Positions 1 to 12,517 of a DNA stretch of 64,000 nt are shown here, in pieces; position 1 is the first letter of the stretch, and every line of letters begins with the position of its first letter. The notes below the pieces were generated by a model. The model did no database searches. It was given only the letters and a program-made list of their open reading frames with translations, and had not been told where the DNA came from. The position numbers and the translations under genes are program-made. The stretch comes from Octopus sinensis (Eukaryota): NCBI RefSeq assembly GCF_006345805.1, contig NC_042999.1:156240001-156304000 (forward strand), read 5' to 3'.

Positions 1-322
1 CCATTTATTTATTTATTTATTTATGTATTTATGTATGCATGCATGTATGTATGTTTGTATGTATGCGAATGTATTTGTATATGTACATATGTAGTGGTGA
101 TGATGATGATTAACACATCCATGCATGCATGAATATATATACATACATACAATGTATGCAAACATGAATGCATGAGTGTGTGTGTGGGTGGGTACTTGTA
201 TGTAAACATATGTATAAAAATAGCTTGGATAAATATTGGCAATGAGACATGATAATTAGTGCTGTCAACATACATGAGTGCGTGTGTGTGTAAATAAATG
301 TCAAGTCACAAAATTAAGCTAA

Positions 323-353
<31 letters not shown>

Positions 354-691
354 TCTGACCTAAAATGGTGATCATATGTTGAAATTCCCAGTTAACATAT
401 TTCCTTGTAACTCTGCACTTTAGAAGGCAAGTGGAATAAAGGAATTCCTTACTTGAAAAGCAAGCATTGGTTAACAATAATGGCTTAGAAATAAGTATTC
501 ATCCAACCCTTACTGACATGGAAAACCAGATGTAAAACAAACCAACAACTATAAAAAAGTAGACTAACTAGACCGTGTGTATGTGTGTATGTGTGTGTTA
601 GCTGAAATTTATAGAAAAACAAAACACGAAGATAGGTTTATGAACAACAGCCAAGTGTATCAATTTGACACTCGGGAAAAATGAATATATA

Positions 692-1088
692 TTCTTTTCT
701 TTTTATTCTTTTACTTGTTTCAGTCATTTGACTGTGGCCATGCTGGAGCACCGCCTGTAGTCGAGCAAATCGACCCCAGGACTTATTGTTTGTAAGCCTA
801 GTACTTATTCTATCGGTCTCTCTTGCCAAACCACTAAGTGACGGGGAAGTAAACACACCAGCATCGTTTGACAAGTGACGTTGGAGGGCAAGCACAAACA
901 TACACACACACACATATATATATACGAAGGGCTTCTTTCAGTTTCCCTCTACGAAATCTGCTCACAAGACTTTGGTCAGCCCGAGGCTATAGTAGAAGAC
1001 ACTTGCCCAAGGTGCCACACAGTGGAACTGAACCCAGAACCATGTGGTTGGTAAGCAAGCTACTTACCACACAGCCACTCCTGCGCCT
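692..1088 (-). mobile_element. tRNA-derived CORE-type SINE (octopus OR-like) with internal (CA)/(TA) microsatellite
   Basis: tRNA-like head AGGCGCAGGAGTGGCTGTGTGGTAAG...GGTTCAGTTCC and CORE-like CCTTGGGCAAGTG. The same family recurs at about 10505-10845, 15963-16386, 32170-32590, 35030-35410, 38181-38588, 49183-49601, 57357-57742 and 63775-64000. Confidence 0.8.
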
Positions 1089-1114
1089 ATATATATATAT
1101 ACATACATACATAA

Positions 1115-1149
<35 letters not shown>

Positions 1150-1224
1150 ACATGTATCTGGTGTAAGCTATAGACACATAAGAGGTGCAACAATATCAAA
1201 GGAAGGCTACTGGGAAGATAGTTT

Positions 1225-1720
1225 TTGTGTGTGGCTTCCATTACATACCATGGGGAAAAACTAGAAGTAGTTGATAGCGTCCGTTACCTAGGTGACCAAG
1301 TCAGTAGTGGAGGTGGGTGCTCTGAGAGTGTAGCTGCTACAATGAGAATAACCTGGGCAAAGTTCAGAGAGTTCCTATCTCTGCTGGTGACAAAGGGCCT
1401 CCCGCTCAGAGTAAAAGGTAGACTGTATGACGCATGTGTGCAAACAGCCATGCTACACAGCAGTGAATCATTGGCTGTGACTGCTGAGGACATGCATAAG
1501 CTTGCTAGAAATGAAGCTAGTATGCTCTGCTGGATGAGTAATGTCAGTGTGCATACACGAAAGAGTGTAAGCGACCCGAGAGAAAAGTTGGACATAAGAA
1601 GCATCAGATGTGGTGTGCAAGAGAGATGACTGTGCTGGTATGATTGTGTGTTGCATATGGATGAGGAGACCCAGCAAGCCAAGTGAGACCATAACCGTGG
1701 CTTATACCAGTGCAGCATAA
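1225..1720 (+). mobile_element. Decayed RTE LINE fragment (RT C-terminal region)
   Basis: Translation GEKLEVVDSVRYLGDQVSSGGG...GVQER* is a diverged copy of the 8355-9251 ORF, with a premature stop. Confidence 0.9.
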
Positions 1721-1919
1721 CTGGCCCAATCTGTAAATATGTGTGTGTATGTGTAGGCAATATGCTAGTACACATCACATATCATAAACAGGATTTGACT
1801 TCAATCCCAAACACTTTTCTACTTGAAGATGTTTGGATCATCTGCAAAGCCGGATTTCCCAGTTCATAGATCTTATCACAGGATATACTAATTCTTCTGT
1901 AAAAGAGTGGCAATCACCA

Positions 1920-2355
1920 TATATGTAAGTATGTGTGTATGTGTATGTATATATTTGTGTATGTGTGTGTGAGGATGTATGCATGTATGTGGAGTGTGTA
2001 TGTGTGTGTGTGTGAGAAGATGCATGCATGCGGAAAATGTGCATATGTGTGTGTGTGAGGATGTGTACATGTATGTGGAGAGGATGTATGCATGTGTTTG
2101 GAGAGTGTGTGTGTGTGTGTATATGTGTGTGCAGATGTAAGCATCTATGTCTATGTGGAGAGTGTGTATATGCGTGTGTGTTTCTGAGGATGCATGCATG
2201 TGTGTGTGTGAGAGAGCGGATGTATGCATTTATGTAGAGAGTGTGTGTGTGTGTGTGAGGACGTAAGCATGTATGTGGAAAGTGTGTGTGTGAGAGAGAG
2301 GAAGCATGGATGTATGTGGAGAGTGTACATTAATGTGTGTTGCGTGTGTGTGTGC
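1920..2355. repeat. Compound (TG)n/(TATG)n microsatellite directly downstream of the IFT27 stop codon
   Basis: Visible low-complexity TG/AG/TATG tract. Confidence 0.9.
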
Positions 2356-2454
2356 TTAAGTGAGACTACTGAAATGTTCTAAAGAAGCTTCATATTTCTT
2401 GGTGAAACTCAACGCCAGATGCTGGAATGGGTTGTCGATGTTAACCATGTCTTT
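2356..2454 (-). CDS. IFT27: IFT27 coding exon 7 (last), KDMVNIDNPFQHLALSFTKKYEASLEHFSSLT*
   Basis: Long polypyrimidine tract and TTCCAG acceptor, stop TAA at 2358-2356. Aligns with human KEMENFEAPFHCLAKQF. Total CDS 564 nt = 187 aa, with no C-terminal prenylation motif, as expected for IFT27. Confidence 0.92.
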   Translation of the reverse strand, partial: KDMVNIDNPFQHLALSFTKKYEASLEHFSSLT

Positions 2455-3955
2455 CTGGAAGAAGAAGGAGAAGAAATGAAGGAAACAATGGATGAATGAA
2501 AGAGTGAAGAAGAACAAGAACTTCACATAAATAAATTCATAAATTCCCAGTGACGAGTTTGGTATTAAGACTACTGGTAATTTCATGTAAAATACTGATT
2601 TGATGACCTCAGGATGCTGAACCTTTCAGATGAGATGACAAAGGACCAAGATATCTGGCCCCTTGCTGTACTCCAGAAGACACTTGTACATGGTGCCATT
2701 CAGTAGGACTGAACTTGAAACTACATGGTCGCAAAGCACGCTTCTTAACCACACAGCCATGCCTGCGCTTATCAGGGTTTTTTTCTTTTCTTTCTTCTAT
2801 ATTGTATATTTGTATTATTGGCTCAAATCCTGCAGAGGACAGCTTTGCTGTTCACCTTTTCCAAGCCAATAAAATTAACACAGAGTAATTACTGGTATTA
2901 AAGCAACCATGCCATCCCTCTAGCCAACATTTTTGACCGTTTATCAGTGTCTATCATCATCATCCTTCAAAGTCCATTTTCCATGCTGAATTAAGTTGGA
3001 CAGTTTGACTGGAGCTGACAAGCTGGAGTGCTGCACCTGGTTCCAATCTGATTTCGCTTGGTTTCTACAGCTGGATGTTCTTCCTAACACTTCATTTTAT
3101 GCTGCTCCTCTCCACTCAGCTGGCAAAAATGTGTAATCCTGCAATGGGCCAGACATACAACACTAGCATCAGCCATGGCTGCAATCTTACTTTAGTTGCT
3201 GGGTCTTCTCAATCACAGCATATACGTATAATGTATATATACATATCCCTCTCTCTTTCGGAGAGGCACAAGCACCTACACACACATATACACACACGGC
3301 AGTAACTTCCGCCTGCCGAATTCAATCACAAAGCTTTGGTCAGCTCGGGGCTATAGCAGAAGACACTTGCCCAAAGTGCCACGCAGTGGGACTGAACCCG
3401 AAACCATATAGCTAGGAAGCAAGCTCCCTAACCACACAACCATGCCCATAATTTCATTAAACTAATTTTCTGTCATTTATGACTTTATATCTTTATATAT
3501 ATATAAACACACGCACACATATATTTGTGGACTGGTTGGTGTTAGGAGGGGTGTCCAACAATGGAAACCATAATAATCTTATGTGATATTCTACATAAGT
3601 AATTCAAGTTTTAAAATAATTGTTATTGTTTAGCTTGAATGTCACTCTAGTCAAATAGATTTATAATAAAAGGCATTCCAGCCTTGCCCATCGCCCCCTT
3701 TTTGGAAGATATACACAATTAATTCTTTTATGTGTGTTCTTCGATTTTTTTTTTATTTTTACAGGAGTGATCTGATGGAAATTTAACTGCTATTTCTTGC
3801 ATTTCTATCTGGCCAAATGACCACACACAGATCTCTGCTGAACCAGCTCTGGTGTTAATTTGGCCAAGATCAGATACAAGATATACAGGCCAAGTAATTA
3901 ACAGCTGATGTAAAGGGCAGATGAAGTTGGGGAGAACAGGTTAGAAAATACTTAC

Positions 3956-4065
3956 CACAGAGCATTCACAGAATTCAGCTTCATATTTCCTGGCAAGTCC
4001 TTCACCTTCCTCTTTAGATATTTTCCGCTGCTCTTCCAGGTCAGTCTTATTGCCAACTACAAAAC
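3956..4065 (-). CDS. IFT27: IFT27 coding exon 6, (C)FVVGNKTDLEEQRKISKEEGEGLARKYEAEFCECSV
   Basis: 110 nt, acceptor CTGCAG, donor GTAAGT. G4 motif NKTD and G5-like CSV. Confidence 0.93.
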
Positions 4066-4101
4066 CTGCAGTTAAGGAACAGACAAGATAGAAATGAAAC
4101 A

Positions 4102-5042
4102 TTAAGGTGGCGAGCTGGCAGAAACGTTAACATACAAATATACAAATAGAAACATTAGCACGCCGGGCGAAATGCTTGGCGGTATTTCGTCTATCTTTAC
4201 GTTCTGAGTTCAAATTTAGCCGAGGTCGACTTTGCCTTTCATCATTTTGGGGTCGATTAAATAAGTACCAGTTATGCACTGGGGTCGATATAATCGACTT
4301 AATCTGTTTGTACTCTCTGGGTTTAGCCCCTTGTGGATAGTAAAGAAATACGTATTTCGTCTGCTTTTACGTTCTGAGTTCAAATTCCACTGAGGTCAAC
4401 TTTGCCTTTCATCCTTTTGGGGTCGATTAAATAAGTACCAGTTATGCACTGGGGTCGATATAATCGACTTAATCTGTTGTACTCTCTGGGTTTAGCCCCT
4501 TGTGGATAGTAAAGAAATAGGTATTTCGTCTGCTTTTACGTTCTGAGTTCAAATTCCACTGAGGTCAACTTTGCCTTTCATCATTTCGGGGTCGATTAAA
4601 TAAGTACCAGTTACACACTGGGGTCGATATAATCGACTTAATCTGTTTGTACTCTCTGGGTTTAGCCCCTTGTGGATAGTAAAGAAATACGTATTTCGTC
4701 TGCTTTTACGTTCTGAGTTCAAATTCCACTGAGGTCAACTTTGCCTTTCATCCTTTTGGGGTCGATTAAATAAGTACCAGTTATGCACTGGGGTCGATAT
4801 AATCGACTTAATCTGTTTGTACTCTCTGGGTTTAGCCCCTTGTGGATAGTAAAGAAATAGGTATTTCGTCTGCTTTTACGTTCTGAGTTCAAATTCCACT
4901 GAGGTCAACTTTGCCTTTCATCATTTCGGGGTCGATTAAATAAGTACCAGTTACACACTGGGGTCGATATAATTGACTTAATCCGTTTGTTTGTCATTGT
5001 TTTTCCCCTCTGTGTATAGCCCCTTGTGGGCAATAAAGAAAT
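4102..5042 (+). mobile_element. SINE carrying five tandem ~170-bp body units, flanked by a 17-bp TSD
   Basis: Units start at 4182, 4352, 4521, 4691 and 4861. TSD AAGATAGAAATGAAACA at 4085-4101 and 5043-5059. Single-unit relatives at about 6090-6255, 6447-6680, 12221-12440, 52127-52335 and 52470-52690. Confidence 0.9.
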
Positions 5043-5891
5043 AAGATAGAAATGAAACAGTTTTGCAAAGCAGTTCCAGCGTCAGTTATTTGGCTTCAGT
5101 GATTAAACGCTGACTTATTCAACATCAGACGTTTTAATCTTTCTCATCTCCTCTTCCTCTCTCTCTCTCTGCATATTTCTCTGTATGTATAAGAGGAGGG
5201 TAGAAGTAATGTTTCTTTCTCTCTCCCACTCTCTCTGTTCATGTACATGAGCATCTATGTATATATGCCTGCCTCACTTGCCTTCTCTTTGTTTATGTGT
5301 GTGAGCATATTTCCCTTTATGTATATGAGGAGAGGAAAAATGTTTATGTCAGTCATGTTCAATTAATAAATTATAATCTCCCTCTCTCCTTCCCTCCCTC
5401 TAATTCCCTCTCTTTCTCCCTCTTTCTCTCTTTCTAACTCTTCCTCTATGTGTGTGAGCATCTATATTTATATCTAATGTCTCTTTCTCTTCCCTCTTGG
5501 AGAGAGTGTGTGTGAGAGAGAGAGTGTGTGTATGTGTGCGTGTGAGAGAGAGTGTGTGTATGTGTGCGTGTGAGAGAGAGTGTGTGTGAGAGAGAAAGAG
5601 AGAGAGAGGGAGAAAGAGAGAGACAGAGAGAGATAGTGTGCGTTTGCCTCTAGTGCCAAAATGTACTGTTGCCCAAACTTTTATTCAGGATGAGGTATTA
5701 TAGTTTTTTTGTCCAGTTTATGCAAACTATCAGTTTTAGCCCTAACACACTGACAGGATTCATGCCACACATTGCTAACTGATTACTATATTGTAACAAA
5801 TTTCACAATGAGTACGATATGATGAGCCAGTGGAAAAGAAGCTACAAATAGTTACAGTTCTAACCAATATTCCAAATGTATGTTTACTTAC

Positions 5892-6009
5892 AAATAACAG
5901 ATCCTTTGGGGTTTTTCTTAAGAATTTGTTCCAGATAGTTGTTACATTCTTCAAATGATTTTGTGTCTGTAATGTCATAGAGTGCTATCACTAATGAGGC
6001 ATTTGAATA
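5892..6009 (-). CDS. IFT27: IFT27 coding exon 5, YSNASLVIALYDITDTKSFEECNNYLEQILKKNPKGSVI(C)
   Basis: 118 nt, acceptor TTCAG, donor GTAAGT. Contains the Rab-like YDIT..SF motif; frame continuous with exons 4 and 6. Confidence 0.92.
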
Positions 6010-6259
6010 CTGAAATAAATCAACACAAGAATTAATACAATTAAAATAAGATAATTACAATAATTGCTGTTATTATTATCATTATTTCTGAAGGTGGAGA
6101 GCTGGCAGAATTGTTAGCATACCAGGCAAAATGCATAACAGTATTTCATCCATCCTTACATTCTGAGTTCAAATTCTGCAAAGGTTGACTTTGCCTTTCA
6201 TCCTTTCAGGGTTGATAAAATGAACACTGGAAGTGATGTAATCGACTCATCTCCTTCCC

Positions 6260-6370
6260 CGATTCAGATGTCTTTATGAAGCTGCTGGAGATTGTGGTCA
6301 AACATTGGCTGGAGAGGATTACTGCTGGAAGGCTATATATGTGGTAGCTGGATTTGGCACCTTACCAAGA
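6260..6370 (+). mobile_element. Tc1/mariner transposase relic
   Basis: Translates as DVFMKLLEIVVKHWLERITAGRLYMW*LDLAP, resembling the region before the QQDxAP motif of DDD/E transposases. Confidence 0.5.
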
Positions 6371-6832
6371 TTCATCCGAATTCCACAAATCATTTTCTTT
6401 TTAAACTGGGTATGATGAAACTCTTCTGCAAGGGGAGACAATAATTCGTTTCTTTATTACCCACAAGGGGCTAAACATAGAGGGGACAAACAAGGACAGA
6501 CAAACGGATTAAGTCGATTACATCGACCCCAGTGCGTAACTGGTACTTAATTTATCGACCCCAAAAGGATGAAAGGCAAAGTCGACCTCAGAGGAATTTG
6601 AACTCTGAATGTGGCGGCAGACGAAATACGGTTACGCATTTCACCCGGCGTGCTAACGTTTCTGCCAGCTCGCCGCCCTCGGCAATAATCTCCCTGTCTC
6701 TCAAACAACAAACAACCCAATCATGTTTTAAGTGGAGAACTAGAAACAAAGGACTGCACGTGATCTTTCACATTGTAATACTACTGCTAATATGTGTTTC
6801 TATACTTAGTTGTTACATTCGGGCTGTTACAT

Positions 6833-9800
6833 ACCAGCCAAATTGACTACATCCTTACAAGGCAAAGGGAGAGATGGCTGCTTATAAATGCCAAAACCTT
6901 CCCAGGTGAAGAATGTACCCCACAACATAGACTGGTAGTTAGTGACTTTAGGATCAGGACTAGGAGGACAACCAGAAGACGACAAATATGGAGAAGAAGG
7001 ATCTGGAAGCTTAAAGATCCTGCAAATGGACAGAGATTTAGGGACATATTACTTGAAGCCTCTGACGAAGTAGAAGGGGATAGAGCATCACAGGGGGTAG
7101 AAGACAGCTGGACGTTTCTAAGGGACAACCTGCTGAGAGCCTCTGACCAGATCTGTGGCTGGTGCAAAGTCCCCTCTCGACCTAGAATAATGTGGTGGTG
7201 GAACAATATTGTAGACAGGGCTATTAGAGAAAAGAGACAGGCTTGGAAGGTCTGGAAAAATGGGGTAGCAGGGGATTGTATCAGACTGCCAAAAGAGAAG
7301 CTAGGAGACAGGTTTATTTAGCCAGAGGGGAAGCAGATAAGAAAAAATTTGCCAATGTTCTGCGCCGTGAGGACCAAAGACTGGAGGTGTTTCGTGTTGC
7401 AAGACAGTGTGTGAGAGAGAATCGTGATGTGGTAGGAGAGAAGTGTGTTCGCATGGAAGATGGTTCACTTGCGCTAAATGAGGATGCAAAGAGAGAGGTT
7501 TGGAGATGCCACTATGAAAGGTTGCTGAATGAAGAAAATGAATGGGATAAAGAGAGTCTGCCGAATGTTGACCCAACAGAGGGACCAGCTATCCAAGTTG
7601 ATAGTTCCGTGGTAGCTAAGGCAATTAGAAGCATGAAGACAGGGAAAGCCCCAGGCCCATCAGGAATCACTGCAGAGATGCTCAAAATGTCTGGTAGTGT
7701 CGGCTATAGCCTAGTCACCCGTATAGTTAATCAGGTGATACACAAAGGGGTCATACCCAATGACTGGTGTAGCAGTATAATAGTCAACTGCTACAAAGGT
7801 AAAGGTGATGCCCTAGATACAAATAACTACAGAGGTATCAAGCTGCTGGACCAGGTGATGAAGGTTACGGAGAGGGTCATAGCCCAACTAATTAGAGAGA
7901 GAGTTAGTTTAGATGAGATGCAGTTTGGGTTTGTGCCAGGGAAAAGTACTACTGATGCTATATTCCTGGTAAGGCAGCTGCAGGAGAAATACCTAGCCAA
8001 AGATAAGCCCCTGTACCTGGCTTTTGTTGACATGGAGAAAGCCTTCGACAGGGTCCCCCGATCCCTTATCTGGTGGGCAATGAGGAAACTAGGGATAGAT
8101 GAATGGTTAGTGAGAGCTGTGCGGGCCATGTACAGGGACGCCGCTAGTAGGGTGAGGGTTGGAAATGTGTACAGTGAAGAATTCCGGTAGAGGTAGGGGT
8201 CCACCAAGGCTCAGTACTCAGCCCCCTCCTATTTATCATAGTCCTCCAGGCAATAACGGAGGAATTCAAGACAGGATGCCCTTGGGAGCTCCTCTATGCT
8301 GATGACCTTGCTCTAATTGCTGAGTCGCTATCAGAACTGGAGGAGAAGTTTCAGGTGTGGAAACAAGGATTAGAATCGAAGGGCCTCAGAGTCAATCTAG
8401 CTAAAACCAAAGTCGTAATCAGTAGGAAGGTAGACAAATCACAAACACCTTCAGGTAGATGGCCCTGCTCGATCTGTAGAAAAGGTGTAAGTAGAAACTC
8501 TATAAGATGCACCAAGTGTAAGCTATGGACACATAAGAGATGCAGCAATGTCAAAGGAAGGCTAACTAGGAAGATGGTTTTTGTATGTGGCAGATGCTCA
8601 GGAACAATAAACACTGAAAATGCTCTGAGACCAACTTCCGTCACTTTCCAGGGAGAAAAACTAGAAATAGTTGATAGTTTCCGTTACCTAGGTGACCAAG
8701 TCAGCAGCGGGGGCGGGTGTGCTGAAAGTGTAACTGCTAGAGTAAGAATAGCTTGGGCAAAGTTCAGAGAGCTCTTACCTCTGCTGGTGACAAAAGGCCT
8801 CTCGCACAGAGTGAAAGGCAGACTGTATGATGCGTGTGTACGAACAGCCATGCTACATGGCAGTGAAACATGGGCCGTGACTGCTGAGGATATGCGTAAG
8901 CTCGCTAGAAATGAAGCCAGTATGCTCCGATGGATGTGTAATGCCGGTACTCACACTCGGCAGAGTGTAAGTACCTTGAGAGAAAAGCTGGACCTAAGAA
9001 GCATCAGTTGTGGTGTGCAAGAGAGACGTTTGCGCTGGTATGGTCATGTGGCGAGAATGGATGAAGATAGTTGTGTGAAAAAGTGCCACACCCTAGCGGT
9101 TGAGGGAACCTGTGGAAGAGGCAGACCCAGGAAAACCTGGGACGAGGTGGTGAAGCACGACCTTCGAACTTTAGGTCTCACTGAGGAAATGACTAGAGAC
9201 CGAGACCTCTGGAAGTGTGCCGTGCGCGAGAAGACCCGGCAGGACAAGTGAGTCCATAACCCGTGGCCTTCTACATGGGATGGAGCCAGCCTACGTATGC
9301 ATACCTTCCCTTCTTGGGACACAAAACTCTACTTGTGAAGACGTGATGAGGCAAGTGAGGATCAGAATCGAAATCGATCAATGGAAATTGCGGATGTGCT
9401 ACCAGTGCCGGTGGCATGTCAAAACTCTGCTTGTGAAGACCCGTTGAGGCAAGTGACGATCAGAATCGAAATCGATCAATGGAAATCGATCAATGGAAAT
9501 TGCAGATGTGTTACCAGTGCCGGTGGCATGTAAGAGAACTTTCCGTTTCGCGACCGTTGCCAGCACCGCCCCGTTTCGTGTCCGTTGCCAGCCTCGCCTG
9601 GCCCTCGTGCCGGTGGCACATAAAAAGCACCATCCGTTCGTGGCCGTTTGCCAGCTCTGTCTGGCACCAGTGCGGGTGGCACGTAAAAAGCACCCACTAC
9701 ACTCACGGAGTGGTTGGCGTTAGGAAGGGCATCCAGCCGTAGAAACACTGCCAGATTTGACTGGGCCTGATGAAGCCTTCTGGCTTCACAGACCCCAGTA

Positions 9801-9862
9801 GAACCGTCCAACCCATGCTAGCATGGAAAACGGACGCTAAACGATGATGATGATGATGATGA
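6833..9862 (+). mobile_element. 5'-truncated RTE-clade LINE (end of APE endonuclease, RT, PHD-like finger, 3' UTR, (GAT)n tail), inactivated
   Basis: ORF pieces 6794-7321, 7243-8190 and 8355-9251. QIDYIL...QHRLVV (endonuclease end), QFGF.PG.STTDAIF, FVDMEKAFD, and LYADD at about 8293-8307. Frameshifts near 7270 and 8187. The 3' UTR contains two copies of the 98-bp unit and ends in (GAT)n. Confidence 0.95.
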
Positions 9863-11394
9863 TACTTACAAGTAGAACTAGTCTGGGTGACCATGATAGA
9901 CAGCAAATCTTATGCAGTGCTACATTATCCTGGTAAACTGTGAAATTAAACTGCATCTATACAATTAAGTTGCTAAAAGCTAAGTAGCAGAAACATGCAT
10001 TGTTACACAAATGCAATAAATTTTAAAGGAAGAACTACAAAAGGGCCAATGAGTGCAGCACTGTGTTCTTTAAGTAAAATACTTGACTTTCAATGACCTG
10101 CTCTTATTTTTACCATTTTAAATAATGAAGGATATATTAGATAATTTGGTCTGACGTGCATTGCTACTGTTGTCATTATCATTTTGACATTTACTTTCCT
10201 ATCTTAGCATGAACCAGACAGAATTCATTGTAGAAGGTTTTTCTACAGCTAAATACTCTTCTTGTTGCCAGCTCTAGCTTGTTTTTAAGCAAGGTGATAT
10301 TTCCCCAGGACTGGCTTTCACGACAAGGTTGGAAATGAATAATATTGTTCGAGTTACAGTGACAGCTGTTTGCAAATCTGGTGCAATGTAAAGACACACA
10401 CACGACAGGTGTCTTTCGGTTTCCACCTACCAAATCCATTCACAAGGGTCTAGTTGACCCAGGGCAATAGCAGGAGACACAAGCCCAAGGTACCATGCAG
10501 TGGAATTATTCTTTTTTTTATTCTTTTATGTGTTTTCAGTCATTTGACTGTGGCCCTGCTGGAGCACTGCTTTGGGGGATTTTAGTTAAACAAATCAACA
10601 TCAAGAATTATTTTTTTTAATTTTTAAGCCTAGTACCTATTCTATCAGTCTCTTTTGCTGAACCACTAAGTCATGGGGACGTAAACACAGACACCAGTTA
10701 TCAAGCAGTGATGGGGGAACAAAGACACTCATATATATATATATATACGATGGACTACTTCCAGTTTCTGTCTACCAAATCCACTCATAAGGCTTTGGTC
10801 AGCCTGATGCTATAATAGAAGACACTTGCCCAAGATGTGACACAAGTCTGAACAAAAAAAAAACACAAAACAATGGGCAGTGTTCCATGACAAACTTTTT
10901 TTTACCATTTGAAGCTGAACAACAAAAACTTCCCAAATCAAAGACTAGTAATTCATATGCTTTAACCATTGCCAATACTTAGAGAATTTTCATGTAGTCA
11001 GTTCATGATTATATTTGATAGAAGCATCAAGAAGTGAAGAATATGACAGAAATAATAATCTAAGAGCTACATGGTTATTTTATCTTTCATTTTTCTTTTA
11101 CTTGTTTTGGTCACTGAATGACGGCCATGCTAGGGCACTATATTGAAGGGCTTACTCAGAAAAATTGACTCTGGCACTTTTTTTAAAGTCAGGTACTGGT
11201 ATATTACTGTTGGTCTCTTTTGCCAAACTGCTAAGTTACAGGGATGTAAACAAACCAACACCAGTTGTCAAGCAGGAGAGGAGGAACAAACTCAAATACA
11301 TGCGTGCACACACACAACAGGCTTCCTAACAGTTTCTGTTTAATGAATTTATTCTCAAGGCATTGATCAGCCACAGACTATAATAATAGTAATA

Positions 11395-11700
11395 ATAATA
11401 AAATATTGTGTACAGTGCTCAGGCGCACTACAACTCATCTAAAGTGTATGTATAATCAGGTGTAGTTTCAGCGGATTTCGGAAAGCATGAGGGCCTTAAA
11501 GGATGCAGTGTCATGGCAGTCAACAACTGATGCAGGCAGTTTGTTCTATGCTTCAGCAACTCTGAGTGTGAAAAAATGTTTCCGAAAGTCATGGGAGCTG
11601 TGTTGTTTTCTGACTTTGTAGGTATGTCCATGTGTGTTGGACACATGGAGATCAAAAAGGTGTTCAGTGTTGTTGTTGGTGAGGTGGTTGATAACTTTGT
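11395..11700 (-). mobile_element. CR1/L2-type LINE 3' fragment
   Basis: Minus-strand translation HDFRKHFFTLRVAEA*NKLP matches the CR1 C-terminal RKHFF..RV...WN.LP motif. A second copy lies at about 43480-43760. Confidence 0.7.
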
Positions 11701-11850
11701 GGGTGTTTACCAAGATACTTAATAATAGAAGATACTTGTCCAAGGTGCCACGCATTGAGACTGAGTCATTAAAAAAAAAATACAGAAAAGAAAAGTGAGA
11801 AAGTAACATGGATGAAATTTAATGGAAAAAATTAAAATAAAACAACTTAC

Positions 11851-11910
11851 AAAGTTTTGTACAAATTCTGAATAACAATCTTTTGATGGAGTATCAAACA
11901 TTATAAATTC
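11851..11910 (-). CDS. IFT27: IFT27 coding exon 4, EFIMFDTPSKDCYSEFVQNF
   Basis: 60 nt, acceptor CTTACAG, donor GTAAGT. Aligns with human [20 protein letters not shown]. Confidence 0.9.
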
Positions 11911-12517
11911 CTGTAAGATAAAGGAAAGCAAAATTCAGTGTTCAACCTTTCAATTCCAACCACATTGAAACTAGACTCATCCTTGATCCCATGCCATCGA
12001 CACTTTCAAAACAGCTGCTATTAATATATTCGCATTTAAATTGAAATTTTAAATGAAATCTTGTAAGTACATGAATGTCAGCACAAAGATGTCATCAGAT
12101 AAAAAATTCTAGCTTAGTTTTGTATAATAATCTATTAAAAATAAAAAATTATTTTCAGTTTTATTCCTAATACCAAATTAATATACCAGTCATCATCACC
12201 ATTGTCACCACCACCACCTATTTCTTTACTACCCACAAGGGGCTAAACATAGAGGGAACGAACAAGGACAGACAAATGGATTAAGTCAATTACATCGACC
12301 CCAGTGTGAAACTGGTACTTAATTTATCGACCCCGAAAGGATGAAAGGCAAAGTCAACCTCGGCGGAATTTGAACTCAGAACGTAACGGCAGACAAAATA
12401 CGGCTACGCATTTCGCCCGGCGTGCTAATGTTTCTGCCACCACCATCATCATTGACATCATTATCGTCACCATCATCATCATTATTGTCACCACCACCAC
12501 CACCATCATCATCATCA

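Noticed and set aside
1284-1778. Antisense ORFs over RT fragments (also 6847-7206, 7301-7576, 7827-8207, 8351-8644)
   Set aside because: Shadow frames of LINE coding sequence with no independent evidence.
6792-6798. ATACTTA as the TSD of the 6833-9862 LINE (second copy at about 9862-9868)
   Set aside because: Short and AT-rich, and it leaves about 30 unexplained bases at the 5' junction, so it cannot be distinguished from chance.
6794-9251. Intact autonomous LINE ORF
   Set aside because: 5'-truncated within the endonuclease and broken by frameshifts near 7270 and 8187.
9765-9790. CUGAUGA followed by a hairpin (GAAGCC-TTCT-GGCTTC) in the RTE 3' UTR
   Set aside because: No GAAA after the stem and no stem III, so not a hammerhead. 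It may be an RT-recognition stem-loop, but that is unsupported.
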